DNA of 64,000 nucleotides from Cyanophora paradoxa CCMP329 (Eukaryota > Plantae > Glaucophyta), in assembly GCA_004431415.1 (NCBI GenBank), contig QPMI01000638.1, positions 62,001-126,000 of the forward strand. The letters are read 5' to 3'. Below are positions 1 to 12,513 of this stretch, piece after piece. Position 1 is the first letter of the stretch, and the number at the start of each line of letters is the position of its first letter. A model generated the notes under the pieces. The model saw nothing but the letters and a program-made list of their open reading frames with translations, had not been told where the DNA came from and did no database searches. The position numbers were made by a program, and so were the translations under genes.

Positions 1-288
1 GAAAAGAGTCGGGCACGGGATAGAGGACTGGCTGAGGTTGGCGGTGGTTGCGGCCGCTGCCATGTCGACAAAGATGAAGTTCTCTTCCCCGGCGGCCTCG
101 GCGATTCGCCGTTCCTCGTCCGGGGAAAGGAGTTTCCTCGAGCGCAAGGCATGCACGGCGGAGGCAGACACGACAACAATGAGCAGAACGATATATTGTT
201 GATATTGCGGCCTCCGCTTCCGCCGACTGTGAAATGCTGCGCCGCTCTTCCTTAGACGAAACTGCGCCGACTTTCGCCTATCGGCCAT
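1..288 (-). CDS. 5' end of a putative type II membrane/secretory protein (runs off the window)
   Basis: ATG at 288 opens a stop-free frame to the window edge: MADRRKSAQFRLRKSGAAFHSRRKRRPQYQQYIVLLIVVVSASAVHALRS... (basic N-terminus followed by a hydrophobic span). No family recognised. Confidence 0.45.
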   Translation of the reverse strand, partial: MADRRKSAQFRLRKSGAAFHSRRKRRPQYQQYIVLLIVVVSASAVHALRSRKLLSPDEERRIAEAAGEENFIFVDMAAAATTANLSQSSIPCPTLF

Positions 289-884
289 CTCGCCTATTGC
301 CTCAGTACTAACTGGATCTTGTCTTGTCGATCTAGTGCTCGGTAGTGCTCGGCCGCTCATCCTTAGACGACTAGTGCTCGGTCTAGACGACCAGCCGCTT
401 TTGTGCCGAGCCTTGGTGCATTGCCACGCCGATCGCCCTAGCCCTAATAGCCTTTTCGCCGACTTGAGAACTAGCGAATTCGCGCCGAGTACTCGTTGTT
501 TTGGCTGCGGTCCATTCGGCCGGCACGCACTTCAAATAGCGGGTCAGCGCCTCCGGAACCGCAGCAATGCCGCGATCTAGCTAGTCCGCCGGCGCGATGC
601 GTCTTTCAACGGCGTACCCTGGCCAGAGGTACTTGCCTCCTAGGTACTTGCCAAGATTTAACTATGATGATAGTTTTAGGGCTCCATACTTGCAATTGCA
701 CAAATGATCATGAAGGTTTATCGTATGCATACGATGCATATGGCCAGATGTACATGTTGGCCACATCGAAGGCCAGTCCCAATCCAAAATCGGAATCATC
801 ACGAAAAGGCAGTGCAGCATTCATAATTTCTGGCAGACTGGATCTGAACTGTTAATGCATGTGCAAACCGCACTGCAGTGATTG

Positions 885-2830
885 CTACGACAGCTCTCGC
901 CTATCAAAGACACCCTCGTCTACGAACTGTACCATCACGAGGTTCCCACCGAACTGATGATGAATTAAGAAAAAAAGCAGGCGAACAGGGAAATGATTCA
1001 CACACCTTCCGGCCTGCCAGTGCTCCCGTTGCCTTCTGTGCATCCTCGACCGTCGCGTACTTGACGTAAATCTATGTGCGTATGAAGAAAAGTGAGGCTG
1101 ATAATGCAAGGAGAAATCGATTGCACCTTGCCACATCCTGGTTGGCCTGGCCTCGGAATAACAACCTCAAGGAGGGACCCGTGCTTCGAGCACTCCGTTT
1201 GGATGTCTTCCATGAGCTGCAGAAAGATTGGCATTTTACAAGAGAAGTGCACACGGCAGGGCTCACGTCCAGGTAGTCCTGCTCATCCAACAGCTCCTCC
1301 GGTTTGACCATATTCGCCAGAGAGATGACCTTGCTTGTGGGACCCGTCGATGCTGGAGGCGTCGCGGCTGCCAAGCCAGGTCCGCCAGGTGTGGGAAGAA
1401 TGGGTACGTTGGCGGCCGGTGCGTTAGCGCCACCCATGAGCGCAAGCACTTGAGCGGCGCCAGGAATGCCTGGCTGCGAGTCACCAGGCAAAAGCACATG
1501 GTAAGGCCAGGGGGCAAACCAGCTGCAGCCATTGCTTGAGCAGAGGGAACGCCGCCGTTCGCGATGACATCATGCACCCCCGGAATGAAATCTGAGCGGC
1601 GTTCAGGGATCGCTTTTAATGGAAGGAGGGATGTGCACCTTTCGGGCGCCCCACACGTATTTGCCTTGCGTGCAGGGTGGCTCCGTCCTGAGGGGGCAGA
1701 GTGAGGCTGAAAGCCGCTCGGGCCCGAGAGTCGGGCGATAAGCACCAGGAGTAGGCAGTTCTGCGCATCAGGAGGGGTGCGGAGCTCGACAAAGCCGAAC
1801 TTGCCCTCGGTGGAGAGCCAGACCGAAGCAACGGGGGGCACGGTCGCGAGGCCAGCGGCAATCATTGCTTGGTTGAAGAACTCAGTGAGCGATGCCTGTG
1901 AAGTATTAGCAAAAAGGAAGAGGGAGGGGCAACTCGATACAGCACACCTCCGTCAGGCCGACGCCCGTGGGGAGGTTTCCTGAGGAAGAGGGGGTAACCC
2001 GGCGAAAAGCTCAAGAAAACAATCAAAAAAGAAGGCGCTCACCGATGTAGATTCTCCTGGCTTGCCTTGAAGACGCGGCCTGCTGGGCCACGGCGATTTG
2101 TTGCAGTAGCGTCTGGGGGTCCACACTGCTGTTGGCAGGAATGGCGACGCCAGCGGAGGGCAGGGCCACCGGAGCGACCACGCCCGGAATGGTTGGGGGA
2201 ACGGCTACGCCCGCGATGGCAGGGAGTAGCCCGGGGAGGACTGCCGCGCCCACGGCCCCAAGCGGAAGGGGACCTGGGAGCGTCGGGGGCGCGGGTTGGC
2301 CGGTCGGAGGCTGGTCCCAGTTCCCCTTCTTTGAACTGAGACACGCGCAAAGCGTCTCAGGCATTTGGGGGCGCCGAAATGCGGGCAACTCACTGAGACG
2401 AGCTCGAAGAGCGCGAGCGGCTTCTCCGCCGGGATCGGCTCCGCGAGCGCCGCCTCCGATGCGAACGATCTCTACTGCGGGAGCGACTCCGCCGCGAACC
2501 TACATGGGCCGATCAGCGGGCATGATGCTGACCAGCGACCGGTGGCTCACGGCGCGAGCGGTCCCTGCTCCGCGAACGGCTACGTGAGCGCGAACCGCGA
2601 CTACGTTTCCGTCTGCTGCGGTCCCTGCTGCGACTGCGCTTTCGCCTGCTACGGTCCCTGCTGCGACTGCGTTTCTCACGCGACCTGCTGCGGGACTTTT
2701 CGTCGTCGCTGGTGTCGCGCTTTCGGTACTTTCGACTCTTCCGCTTCTCCTCCTTTTGCTTCGGCTCCTTCGGTTCGACACTGCGTCGCTCGTCGCTGGC
2801 CTGCTTTGGGGAGTCCTCCTCGCCCGCCAT
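885..2830 (-). CDS. U2AF2: U2 snRNP auxiliary factor large subunit-like (U2AF65), multi-exon
   Basis: RS domain (RSRSRDRSRRK repeats), ULM-like KKGNWDQPP, RRM1 (RQARRIYIG/NLP...KFGFVELRT...IRVGRP) and C-terminal UHM (KVISLANMVKPEELLDEQDY...ECSKHG...VVIPRP...GKIYVKY...AGRKFGG). Stop at 885. Confidence 0.85.
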
Positions 2831-3126
2831 GACCAGCGCGGCTAACTCGCGGCTCACCGAATTCTTTGGCTGAGGCTGGCGCGCGGACTCGACTCTCTGA
2901 GGCTCAGGGGGGTACGCTGAAACACCACCCTGCTCGCTCAACTCATTGCGCTTGATGCGCATGCAGCTGTCCGGCCAGAGTGTTTACTTTCTCGAGCTCA
3001 TTAAGTGCCCTAAGAATAACATTCATCTAGTCTTCATTTGCAATTGATAAAAAAATGTGGCTCCAGAAAGTGGTCATTGAAACTGTCACCGAGCTAAAAA
3101 AACTGCAAAAGCTGTGCGTCAGGGAC

Positions 3127-5239
3127 TTAGCAATCAGACCAATCAGCATGGAACCACTGGTCCTGAGGCTTGTCAGTGCGCTGGTAGGTGTGTGCTCCAA
3201 AGTAGTCACGCTGGGCCTGGATGAGGTTCGCAGGAAGGCGGGCACGGCGGTACGAGTCGAAGTAGGCAAGGGAGGCAGAGAACGCGGGAGCCGTGATGCC
3301 GGCCTGAATCGAGAGGGAGACAATACGACGCCAGGCCTCGGAGCGCTCACTAAGCTCCTTGGCAAACTCCTTGTCGACAAGGAGTGAAGGCAGTGCCGCA
3401 TCACGGTCGTAGGCCTGCTTGATGCGGTCCAAGAAGACGGCACGGATGATGCAGCCACCCTTCCAGATGCGCGCAATTGCACCAAGGTCAAGGTTCCAGC
3501 CGTTGACGTCTGAGGCCGCCTTGATAAGGTTCATTCCTTGCGCGTAGCTGCAGATCTTGGATGCATACAATGCCTTCCGCACATCGTCAATGAGCTTTGC
3601 CTTGTCCACTGGGCTAAGGGACTGGCAGAAAAATTAGATAAAAGCCTGAGAATGACGGATGGCTCACGGCGCACGGTTGCGGAGGCAAGCACAGAAGAGG
3701 CTGCAATGCGCTCATCTTTGAGCGAGGAAATGTAACGCGAATCAAGGGCAGCGGCCATCGTCGGTGCTGCGATGCCAAGCTCCGCAGCTTGCTGAATTGT
3801 CCACTTGCCCGTGCCTTTTGAGCCGGTCCTGTCCACGATTTTGTCAACCAAGTCGCCCTCGGCGAGGTCGTCCTTCTTGCCGAATATCTTGGTAGTAATC
3901 TCGACCAGGAAGCTCTGGAGCTCGCCCTTGTTCCAATCCTCGAAGACCGCCTTAAGTTCCGCGTTGCTCAATCTGCAATACGCGAATCAGAAAAGCGCAT
4001 CAGATCCTGGAGGACATTTCCGCACCCGCCAACCGTCTTCAGGATGTCGTAAGCCTCGCCAATGAGCTGCATATCGCCGTACTCGATACCATTGTGAATC
4101 TGCGGCGGCTCAGCAGCTGTGCACGTTTGTATCGAACCAGCAGCGCACCATCTTGACGTAGTTACCCGCGCCGCCGGGCCCGATGTACGTGACACACGGA
4201 CCGTCGTCGACCTGGGCCGCGACCTGCCGAGCGTGAAGTCAGCCGGGGATGTCGGATGAGGAATGCGCGTGGATTCGTTTGCCTTGTCCAAGATTGGCTT
4301 AATGCGATCGTAAGCATCTTTCGGGCCGCCAGGCATGAGGGACGGGCCGTTGCGAGCGCCTGCGATTAGCGATTTAATCTTCGCGTTCAAGCGGACAGGG
4401 AAACGAAAGGCTTACCCTCTTCGCCGCCAGAGACACCCATGCCCATGTAGTTGATCCCACGCTTGGCGCACTCGGCAGCGCGCCTCTCAGTGTTCTCGTA
4501 CCACTCGTTGCCCCCGTCGATGATCAGGTCGCCCTGCGACGGGCTTAAGGAAAGCGCAACCACATCGTAAGATGAATGCGCACCTCCTCAAGGTGCTCGG
4601 AGAGGGCCGAGATAGTCGCATCGACCGGGGCGCCGGCCTTCACAAGGATAATGATCGAGCGGGGCTTCTCGATCGAATCGACAAACTCCTTCACGTTCTT
4701 GAAGCCAGTCTGTATCCGCAGCCGTACGCGCGTCAGCGGCGCTAAGTATCGCCGGGGTCGCGGCCGTTGCGCACCAGAGGAAGGTTGCCCTCGCGTGCAG
4801 CGCGAGCGACGGTGTCGTCGACCTTGTCCGGCGAGCGGTTGAAGACAGAGATGGGGAGCCCTTCCTCGGCAATGTTGAGGGCGAGGTTCTGCCCCATCAC
4901 GGCCAGGCCGACCAAGCCGATCTTCGACTTCGCTGCGCTTGCCTGCGGAGCTCGATAAGACGAGAAATTACGTACTTCGGGAGGGAAGGGGCGTGCCTGA
5001 ATCGAGAAGCCGGTTAGCGCAACTGCACGAGTCTGCTGTGCAAGAGTCGCGCGGCTCCCGGCGAAGAACGCGCGGCGAGCTGTGGATGTCCAGCTCAGCG
5101 GCCTAGCGAACGAACCGCGGATCTTTTCCGCGGCACGCCCCGGCCGGGCCGCGGTCGCGGGACTCGCGGCGGGAACCGCAAGTCGAACAGGTCCCGCCGA
5201 ACGCGAACCGGCCACCGGCGACGGGGAGACGAACGCCAT
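3127..5239 (-). CDS. gnd: 6-phosphogluconate dehydrogenase, decarboxylating, plastid-targeted
   Basis: [80 protein letters not shown]-terminal Ser/Ala/Arg-rich extension starting MAFVS. Confidence 0.96.
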
Positions 5240-5492
5240 CGCTGAGCGGCTAGACTTGTCCTACGGACTCGAGAGCTGCTCTGCGCGCTCTCTCAGAGGC
5301 TCTCTGTCGAAGGGGTAAGACGTCGACCGAGTCGATTTCCGGGCCTTGTATCCCTGCCCTGTCCCTCGGCTAAGGGAGGGTCACGAGAAGAGAAGGGATC
5401 CGCACGAGGGAGCTTGAAAGCAAGCTCGCTCGTCTTCCCAACTGTCTCGAGTGCAGCAGTTCTAGCTGGCCCGTTCGCAACCCAGTACGAAA
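5240..5492. promoter_or_regulatory. Putative bidirectional promoter shared by 6PGD and G6PD
   Basis: Only ~250 bp separates the two divergent start codons (5239 on minus, 5493 on plus). Confidence 0.6.
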
Positions 5493-7920
5493 ATGTTCTG
5501 TACGGCGGCCGTCGTTGCTTGGCCGGAGCATGCACGATCGTTCGGAACCCAGCCCGTCGCCGCACGCGCGCAGTCGCTCGCCGGTGCCATCCCGCCTTCC
5601 GAGAGGGGCAACGGCACAACTCATCTCCTCTGCAGGGACGGCCCTCCTGGCCCGCGCAACCGGCAGGAAGGGAAATGAGTCGCTGCGTCGGTTCCGCTTT
5701 CGCGTCGCGCCGGAGTTTCAGCTTCGCCAGGTGCGCACGACGTCGCAGCCAGCTCGTAACCGCTTGCGGCGGTCCGACAGTCGCTCGTAGGAGGCGGGCT
5801 TGAGCGTCGAACGCTTCTCACAGTCGCTGCGGCGGCGTTTCCTCCGTGTTCTTGCCACAAGCTTGCGTACGTGGATCCTGACCTTTCGATCTGCATCGCG
5901 ACTGATGCTCGCTATCAGCTCCAACGTCGTCTGCTTCTACAGCACAAAGCTCACCGGATTCTGTGTCCCCTGCGAAGCCAGCGGCCGCGCCGGCGCCGGC
6001 AGCGCCAACCACGTCCCGCAAGCCCGCACCGCTGACCATATGCGTGTTCGGCGCCTCTGGCGACCTCGCCGCAAAGAAAGTACGAAAGGCTGCGGCGCGA
6101 ACTGTATCGCATTCGCTGACGATGGGTTTCTTTCAGATCTTCCCGGCGCTTTTCGCTCTCTATTATCAGGGACAGCTGCCTGAGGACGTGTCCATCTTCG
6201 GCTACGCTCGAACAAACATGACTGACGAGGAGTTTCGCGAGAAGATTACCGAGCGTCTCTCCTGCCGCCTGGACTTCACGTGCGACGCTAGCGCACTTGC
6301 GTGTTTCGGCAATCTGATTGTAGCTGCTGTGCAGGACGGACTGTGGTGATAAAATGGACAAGTTCCTGGACCAGTGCTACTATTTCTCCGGCGGGTACGG
6401 TGACGAGGACGCGATGCGTGGACTCAGCAAGAAGATGGCCATGTACGTGTTTCTAGAACCTTTTTGTTCCTTTTTTAGTTCTTTGCTTTTTGAAGTATGC
6501 ATTATATTTCGTAGGCACGAGGCCCCCGACGCGAACCGCGTCTTCTACATGTCGCTCCCACCATCGGCTTTCATTTCCACGGCCAAGGGCATTAAGGCTG
6601 GTGCAATGAGCCCAAAGGGTTGGACCCGTGTGATCGTGGAGAAACCTTTTGGTCGTGATTCCGAGTCCTCGAAGGCGCTTTCGGACGGACTTGCAGCATC
6701 ACTGGAAGAGGACCAGATCTACCGCATCGACCACTATCTTGCCAAAGAGCTCGTCCAGAACATTCTCGTCATGCGCTTTGCAAACTTGATTTTTGAGCCG
6801 GTGTGGAACAATCACCACATTGAGTCCGTCCAGATCATTTTCAAGGCGAGCTTTGCTGATTGTGACATTCCTCTTTCTTCTTTAAAGAGCAGCTGCAGGA
6901 GGATTTTGGAACCGAGGGCCGTGGTGGCTACTTTGACCAGTATGGCATCATCCGTGACATCATTCAGAACCATCTCCTCCAGGTTTTTCGCGATACAGCA
7001 GGTCTCTCAACGGGCGCTGATTCAATCATTCCGTGTAGATTCTTACCCTCATTGCGATGGAGCAGCCTGTCTCCCTAGAATCCGAGGATGTCCGCAATGA
7101 GAAAGTCAAGGTGTGGCATTCGTCCCTCTGCCATAAATCTGATTTAATGACACGACCCAGGTCCTAAGGTGCATCAAGCCAATCGACATTCAGGACACTG
7201 TTATTGGACAGTACACAGGCAAGAAGGGCAGTGCTGGGAAGGTCCCAGGGTACAAGGATGATGCAACTGTTGCACCGGATTCCATCACACCGACCTTCGC
7301 TGCAATGGCAATGTACGTCCGAAACCGTCGGTGGGATGGCGTCCCCTTCCTCATCAAGGCTGGTAAAGCTCTTGATGAACGCTTGGTCTGCTCTGCCTGC
7401 CTTATTTTTGTTGCTACATGCTGCTGAGTTCGCTGCAGACGGAAGTTCGCATCAAGTTCAGGCATGTTCCTGGAAACCTTTTTGGCAAGTCGTACAGCGT
7501 GGAGATTCCCCGCAACGAGCTGGTTATCCGTGTGCAGCCTGATGAGCGCATCAAGCTCCGCATCCTCTCCAAGGTCCCTGGCCTCAAGCTCAAGTATGAG
7601 GAGACCGATCTGGATCTTTCCTTCAAGAGCCGCTTCCAGGCATGCTTGCTTGTTCTTTGTCTTTGCTCCCAGCTGAGTCTCTGCTGCAGGTGGACGAAAT
7701 CCCTGACGCATATGAGCGCCTCATTCTCGATGTGTGCAAGGGTGACCGTTCCCTCTTCATTCGTTCGGATGAGTTGCAGGCTGCGTGGGACATTTTTACA
7801 CCCGTCCTGAACCTCATGGAGGAGGAGCAGATTGTGCCCCGGGATTACCCCTTCGGCAGCACAGGGCCTGCAGAAGCTGCATACCTTGCCGCCAAGCATG
7901 ATACAGCCTGGGCGGACTAA
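5493..7920 (+). CDS. G6PD: Glucose-6-phosphate 1-dehydrogenase, plastid type
   Basis: Spliced N-terminus MFCTAAVV...[11 protein letters not shown] (transit-peptide-like), then [57 protein letters not shown]. Contains the Cys pair SCRLDFTTDCGDKM. Confidence 0.96.
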
Positions 7921-8628
7921 GCTCAGATTGTGGCTGGCCATTCCACTTTTTGATAGCAGTCCTGTACAGCACTCAAGAATCATGCAAATGACCCATGGCG
8001 CCCAGTAGATCGAGACAGACTGCATGCATCGATATCCTATGATCACTATATATTTACAGCCTGGCAGCGAGCTCCACCAAGGACTACTACTAGCCTAGGC
8101 TAGCCTGCGCATACAGCTGCGCATGCATGCACAGCTGCAGCCAGCCGCGGTGCCGGCGCCGGCATGCATGCGCAGGCTCATATATATAGTATAGCTACGT
8201 ATACAGCTGGCACGTGCACGCAGTGTTAACGTTGCATTACTCCCCTATAGCTACAAGGCTACAGCTAGGCCCCACGGCCTGGCCTCATGATCAATTGCAA
8301 GAGGGCAACGCAGGGTCAGGCACCGGCGCTGGCGCCGGCTGGGCCGGCTGTCAAGATTGGCTGGGCCTGCTGCCACGGCAGCTGCAGTGTCAACCCCACA
8401 CTTGTCGCAAGTCAATTCAATGTGGACACGAGTTCAAACGCAGTCATGTATGTAGCCCGGACTTTGCGGCAACCCGGACTTCGCGTTTGAATTCACGCCC
8501 AAATGTTCAAAATTCGCGCCCAGATGTTCAGAGTTCCTCACGCCCAAATTCGCATTCGAGTACCTCGCGAGGCTGCACGCAGCATTTTGCAAAATGAAGC
8601 AAATAAGGACCGCCAACAACTAATAGCT

Positions 8629-10151
8629 CTACGCCTTCTTCTGCGCCTTCAGCATCGCGAGCTGGAGGGGGGTCAGGGTCTCCTCAGACGTGGGCTCAAT
8701 GTAGTTGCCGCGGGGGCCGGTGTTCTTCGGCATGTCATCGTCATCGTCGTCTCTCCGGCGAGCGCGGCGCTCGCGGGGCGCGTTCTCTGCATTCGCCCTG
8801 GCGGCCGCCTCCTGGCCGGGCATGCGCACGCGCTGCGAAAAGTATCAAAAGATCGGTCTCAGGTGTGATTAGAGGAAGCACGCGGACCATCATCGGGTTC
8901 ACTGGCTGAGAGCGCTCGCCGCGCTCGCCGCGCGGGCGACGCTCGCCCTTCGGGCGGTTCTGGCGCTGCTCCTCGGTGAGCATGGTGAGAGAAATCTTGC
9001 TCTTCTCCAAGTCCACCGCGACAACGCGCTGCGGCAGGCAAATCAGAGGTGGGAGGTGGGCGATTCTGAAGCGCCACGCACCACAGTGACGTCCTGGCCG
9101 ATCTGAAGGGCATCCTCTATCTTCGCGATGCGCTCGGTGGACACCTCCGAGATGTGGAGGAGGCCGTCCTTGACCGCGCCGATGTCGACGAAAGCGCCGA
9201 ACTCGGAGATCGAGGCGACCTTGCCGGTCATCTCAGCACCGACGACAAGCTCCGCGAGCTTGGTCTTCCCAGTAAGATCGCGGGGAGCGCGCTTGGTGCG
9301 GGGCGCCTTCTTGGCCTCCTCCTGCAGGGCGAAACAAGCTTCAGTCAGACGTCTGCCCCAGCGCAAGCCTGGAGATGGACACAAGCCTGGTGATGGACAC
9401 AGACGAAGGAGAGCACGGAACAGGTCACGCTAACACTTTTAGATTCTAAGAGTCCAGGTGGGGAGGCATTGGGGCAACGCACGCGAGCAGCAACTTCCTC
9501 CGCGGTCATCTTGGTCAGCGCAACCTGCGGGAGGGGCGTGAGAAACAGCGACGCGTTCAAAAAGAACACTGGACGCGCCTTCTTGTTCTCGATATCGACG
9601 TCCTTCACGAAGGCAGTCACTTCGTCGCCGACCTTGAGGATCTCCTCGACGTTCTTGATGAAGCCAGCGCTGATCTGGCTGATGTGGAGCAGGCCATCGA
9701 CATCGGAGCCGATATCGACGAACGCGCCTGTGAGGGACGGGTCAGGGGTTGGCAGGACGCGGCACGCAAAAATCTTCGGCGGGATCGGGAGCGAACCGTA
9801 GGGCTGAACAGCCACGACCTTGCCAGTGACCTCCTGACCCTGCTGAAGAGTTCCGATCGGGCAGGTCACGTTGCGCTCGCGCTGCTGCTTCTTGGGCTTG
9901 CTGGACTCGCCCTCGACAGTCTCGGCCTCCGCGACGGGGGTCGACATACGAACGACGCCCTCATTCGAAGCCCAGCGCCGGGACACGAATTGCACGCGCG
10001 AGGCAGGGACGGAGCTGTGGAACGAGATGCTGGACTGGACGCGCGCACGCGCGGAGCCGATCTGGGCGGTCTGCACGCAGACAGCTGCCGTGTTGACGAG
10101 CTGCGAGCTCTGAGCCTGGACGGCTGGGAGGGCGGTGGCGAACGCTGCCAT
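8629..10151 (-). CDS. Plastid-targeted tandem S1-domain RNA-binding protein (PSRP-7/PETs N-terminal-like)
   Basis: Transit peptide MAAFATALP..., then two S1 domains ([58 protein letters not shown]) and a short charged tail ending at 8629. Confidence 0.8.
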
Positions 10152-10343
10152 TTCGGCGGATTTGTCACCGGAACAATGACCTACCCCCCTGCGCGCGAAA
10201 ATTCAGCTACCCGTATCGCGCTCTGTCCGAGTCGTTGCGGGCGGCAGCCTGCTAGCTGCAGCTGAGTCGCGTGCTCCGAGAAGAGAGGGGGGGCGATCTC
10301 CTCTACCCGTGCTCGAGCTTTGGTGCTCCCCGATCCGTACACG

Positions 10344-12513
10344 ATGAGTGCCCCGGAAGAGGAGGAGGAGGAGGCCCCGCGCTCCATCATCAAGGGCCTG
10401 ATATCGCAGCTCCGCGTGGGCATGGGTGCGGGCGCTCGGCGCCGTCTAGCTTTCCGCAGTTGACCCCGCCGCAGACTTGACGAAGGTCCAGTTGCCAGTG
10501 TTCGTGCTCGAGCCCCGGAGCTTTCTGGAGAAGCTCACGGACTTCTTCTCGCATAGCAAGCTACTCCTCAGGTGCGCCGAAAGCGCCCCGCTTGGGAGTC
10601 GGAGCGCTCATGGCCTGGCAGCATCCCGGACGCAAGCACCCCGCTGGACCGCATGCTAGCTGTCGCTCGCTGGTATGTATCTGGCTTCCACATTCGCGTC
10701 AAGGTCCGCGCACTATTCTGCCTCTGGCACTTTTGCCGCTCACCCTGCGATGTCGAGCGCAGGGCGTGAAGAAGCCGTACAACCCGCTTCTGGGCGAGAT
10801 ATTTCGGTGTAAAATCGAGAGCGCGGATGGGCACATCACGAACTACATTGCAGAACAGACCAGCCATCACCCGCCCATCTCGTCTTTCTACTTGGAGAAC
10901 ACTGCCAAGAAGCTATCTGTCGGGGGCTCGATCCGTCCGAGATCAAAGTTTCTCGGCAACTCCGCAGCCAGTATTATGGAGGGTGCAACTAGATTCCCCC
11001 TCCGTTTCGCGGCTTTTCTCACGGGTCTTGTGGCAGGCGAGGGCGTGATGACATTACACGGGCATAGCGGCGAGGAGTATGTAATCCAGTGGCCAAATTA
11101 TTTCGTGAGGCACATTATAGTCGGGTCGATGTTCATGGAGACTGGAGGGAGTACCGAGATCCGATGCAAACAGACAGGATATAGGTTCGAGTTTGAGTTT
11201 AAGACCAAGGTTGGCACCTCTATGCAATTTCAAATCGCAGTCTTTTCGATCTTCTCACTGGATTCGTTGCCCAGGGTGCCTTCAACTCGAATGATTTGAA
11301 TCGGGTCATTGGATCCTTGAAGAAGGGCAAGGAGATCCTGTACACACTTGAAGGCTACTGGGACAACCAGATTTCCCTTACTAACTGTAGAACCAAGGTG
11401 ATTGGCGCATCCCTACTCGCTTTTCTCTGGTATCCATATGCTCTTCGGCAGGCACAAGAGCTCTTCTTCGATGCAAATGCAGAGCCGCGAGACAAACTGC
11501 ACCTTCCTGTCGAGGAAGAACAGGGCGAGTACGAAGCGCGAAAGTAAGCCCTTCAAATCCCGTACTCGTAGGTTGCAGTTTTCATTTCGCGGCAGACTCT
11601 GGCGGAAGGTCACAGCGGCTTTGAAGGCAAAGGACATGGACAAGGCACAGGTTGAGAAAAACATTCTGGACGAGAAGCAGAGGAGCAGGGTGGGTTGTGG
11701 ACTGATCGCTTTCAGTTTTTACCATTGAAATATCGAAATGCAGAGAAAAGAGCTGGAGGATAAGCGCCAGGAGTGGGTTCCAGAACTCTTCCGGCTGCCC
11801 CAGGATGGCATGATCTGGCAGTACATTCCCGAAAAGGGTGAGAAGATGAAGATTTTTGAATGGAGTGGCGGTCCAAATGGTGTGCCTCATTATTCTTCAA
11901 TGTGCAATGCATATGCTCACAGGCAGTGCCTTCAGCACGCTGGCAATCGGCCACTGGCAATGATCCAGATTTGTTCAAGCTTCCCACAAAAGATGGCAAG
12001 GATGGTGGTGGCACGGAGACGATATATGACACGACGCACATTGGCCCGGATCCTTCCTTCAGGAGGACTCTTTCCAAGGCAGTTTCCGGCGACAAGCTCT
12101 CCTCAGGAAAAGTTCCCATGCTCATGCTGCCCGGAGAACCAGAACCCGTCAAGCCTGGCAAGGACATTGGCCATCTGTGGGAGGGTGCAGAAGAACCAGC
12201 AGAGTCCTTGGACCAGCCAGAGAAGCAGGATGGACCGACTAACCTGTTTGAGATTGTGAAGACACCGAGGAAACGTGGGACAATCCCACGCGGTACAGCA
12301 ATTGGAGGCAAGGTGGTTGCCGATCAGCCGTCCGTTGCGCCAGTCAGTGCTGGGACGCAAGGACCAGGCCAACCCCACGATGAGGCGAATGTTCAAGCGC
12401 ATTGGAGGAGAAGAGGCAAGACAAGAACAGTTCTGCGGCGCATGAAAGCCTGGCTTCTGAGGAAGGCAAAGAACTTGAGGGGCAAGTATGACGTAGTTCT
12501 CATTACAAACTGA
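10344..12513 (+). CDS. Oxysterol-binding protein-related (short ORP/Osh type)
   Basis: [59 protein letters not shown], OSBP signature EQTSHHPPIS, SKFLGNS. The C-terminal extent is uncertain. Confidence 0.88.

Noticed and set aside
8488-8560. Degenerate ~21-bp repeats near the S1 gene 3' end, and an 18-bp duplication in its intron (9363-9400)
   Set aside because: These are two- to three-copy local slippage products with no sign of function.
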